Source: an uncultured Methanoregulaceae archaeon
Lineage (GTDB): Archaea; Halobacteriota; Methanomicrobia; Methanomicrobiales; Methanospirillaceae
DNA: 64,000 bases
Assembly (NCBI GenBank): GCA_963701095.1
Contig: OY969564.1
Span: 480,001-544,000, forward strand
Direction of reading: 5' to 3'
Below are positions 62,966-64,000 of the stretch, one piece after another. Within the stretch, counting starts at the first letter, position 1; the number at the start of each line of letters is the position of its first letter. Made by a program: the position numbers and the translations under genes. The notes beneath the pieces were generated by a model. The model was given only the letters and a program-made list of their open reading frames with translations. It did not search any database and had not been told where the DNA came from.

Positions 62966-63106
62966 ATGGTAAATGTATCCGCGAATGGGGAAGTCTACCG
63001 GTGCGAGGTCTGTGGGAATGTCGTTGTTGTTAAAGAGGCCGGGGGAGGAGAAATTATGTGTCATGGCCAACCTATGAAACTCGAGAGTACCCCTCCAGGG
63101 AAATGA
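62966..63106 (+). CDS. Desulforedoxin-like small Fe-binding protein (46 aa, absent from the ORF track)
   Basis: MVNVSANGEVYRCEVCGNVVVVKEAGGGEIMCHGQPMKLESTPPGK*; RBS GGAGG at 62952-62956. Confidence 0.85.
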   Translation: MVNVSANGEVYRCEVCGNVVVVKEAGGGEIMCHGQPMKLESTPPGK

Positions 63107-63195
63107 GCCTCTTTTAGATCCTGAAATCTGGCATGAATGAAGTTTGACTCTGTTTTCACTATTTCAAAATATATGAAAAAAGAAATATTTGAGGA

Positions 63196-64000
63196 TTACA
63201 ACGCCGGCTTTGTTTTGAGTGCAGCGACCAGGAGATTCACACCAGCTTCGATATCTCGAACATCCAGTACTTCAACGGGGGAGTGAATGTACCGGGTAGG
63301 TGGACTGATGGTAGTGCTTGGCACCCCGCCACGGGATAAGTGAATGGAGGTAGCATCGGTTGTTCCTCCAGTACCTACTTCAACTTGGAAGGGTATTGAG
63401 TGCGACTCGGCGGTATCTTTAAGCCATTGGACAACTTTGCGGTTTGCTATCAGACCGCGACCGCTGCTATCGACGATAGTAATGACCGGTCCTTTTCCCA
63501 TTTCGACTGCCGCATCTTTCATATCAATGCCCGGGTGATCTCCGGGAATGGTCACATCGGTGGCAATTGCCCAGTCAGGATCAATGGAATAGGCACTGGT
63601 TTTTGCACCTTTGAGCCCGACTTCTTCCTGGACTGTAAAGACAGCATAGAGGGTAAAAGGCGATTTTACCTGCTGCATGGTCTTAACAAGCATTGCAACG
63701 CCGGCCCGGTTATCAAAAGCTTTGCCGGTCACGCGGTGATTAGCGAGCTCGGTAAATTCACGATCGATCGTTATCGGTGTCCCGACCTCGATACCAAGCT
63801 CCGCCACATCATCCCGGTTATTGGCGCCGACGTCGATAAACATATCATCCGTTTTTACGCCTTTCTTGCGCTCTTCCTCGTCCATCATATGCGGAGGTTT
63901 CCCTCCTATGACACCAATCCGGTCCCCTTTGGCCCCATGGATGATAACACGCTGGTTATACAGCGTCGGGGCATACCAGCCACCGAGCGTGATGAAACGG
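63196..64000 (-). CDS. M42 family (TET/FrvX-like) aminopeptidase, 5'-truncated by the window edge
   Basis: GKAFDNRAG, TVQEEVGLKGA, GGTTDA, RYIHSPVE; frame open to the window end. Confidence 0.93.
   Translation of the reverse strand, partial: RFITLGGWYAPTLYNQRVIIHGAKGDRIGVIGGKPPHMMDEEERKKGVKTDDMFIDVGANNRDDVAELGIEVGTPITIDREFTELANHRVTGKAFDNRAGVAMLVKTMQQVKSPFTLYAVFTVQEEVGLKGAKTSAYSIDPDWAIATDVTIPGDHPGIDMKDAAVEMGKGPVITIVDSSGRGLIANRKVVQWLKDTAESHSIPFQVEVGTGGTTDATSIHLSRGGVPSTTISPPTRYIHSPVEVLDVRDIEAGVNLLVAALKTKPAL

Overview
Archaeal chromosomal window, most consistent with a Methanomicrobiales methanogen (Methanoregula-like). Evidence: AglB, an archaeosortase, Trm-G10, a DUF3821-type surface protein, wHTH-PAS regulators, and bacterial-type grpE-dnaK-dnaJ and mutS-mutL. 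About 1-21 kb is an AT-rich surface-glycan/exopolysaccharide locus. It holds two deacetylases, a DUF354 GT-B protein, three FemABX-like GNAT paralogs, an exosortase/archaeosortase, a hexapeptide acyltransferase, a 1303-aa GT-C-like multidomain membrane protein and two paralogous secreted heparinase II/III-fold proteins. About 21-48 kb holds mutY-mutL-mutS, surface proteins (PEF-CTERM, Kelch-in-PKD, COG1361-like), a 2H-phosphoesterase/metallophosphoesterase fusion, trmG10, aglB, dnaJ/dnaK/grpE, purH, ilvD and tRNA-Arg(GCG). About 49.5-60.4 kb is a dense signal-transduction cluster that includes a secreted M64-like metalloprotease coupled to a membrane-spanning receiver protein. The window ends with a DUF3821-type surface protein, a 46-aa desulforedoxin-like ORF missed by the ORF track, and a truncated M42 peptidase. 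Seven genes carry eight 1-2 nt frameshifts, seven of them at or beside CCGG, probably a methylation-linked long-read consensus error. No CRISPR array, integrase or transposase was seen. All family calls come from motifs recognised by eye, with no database search.
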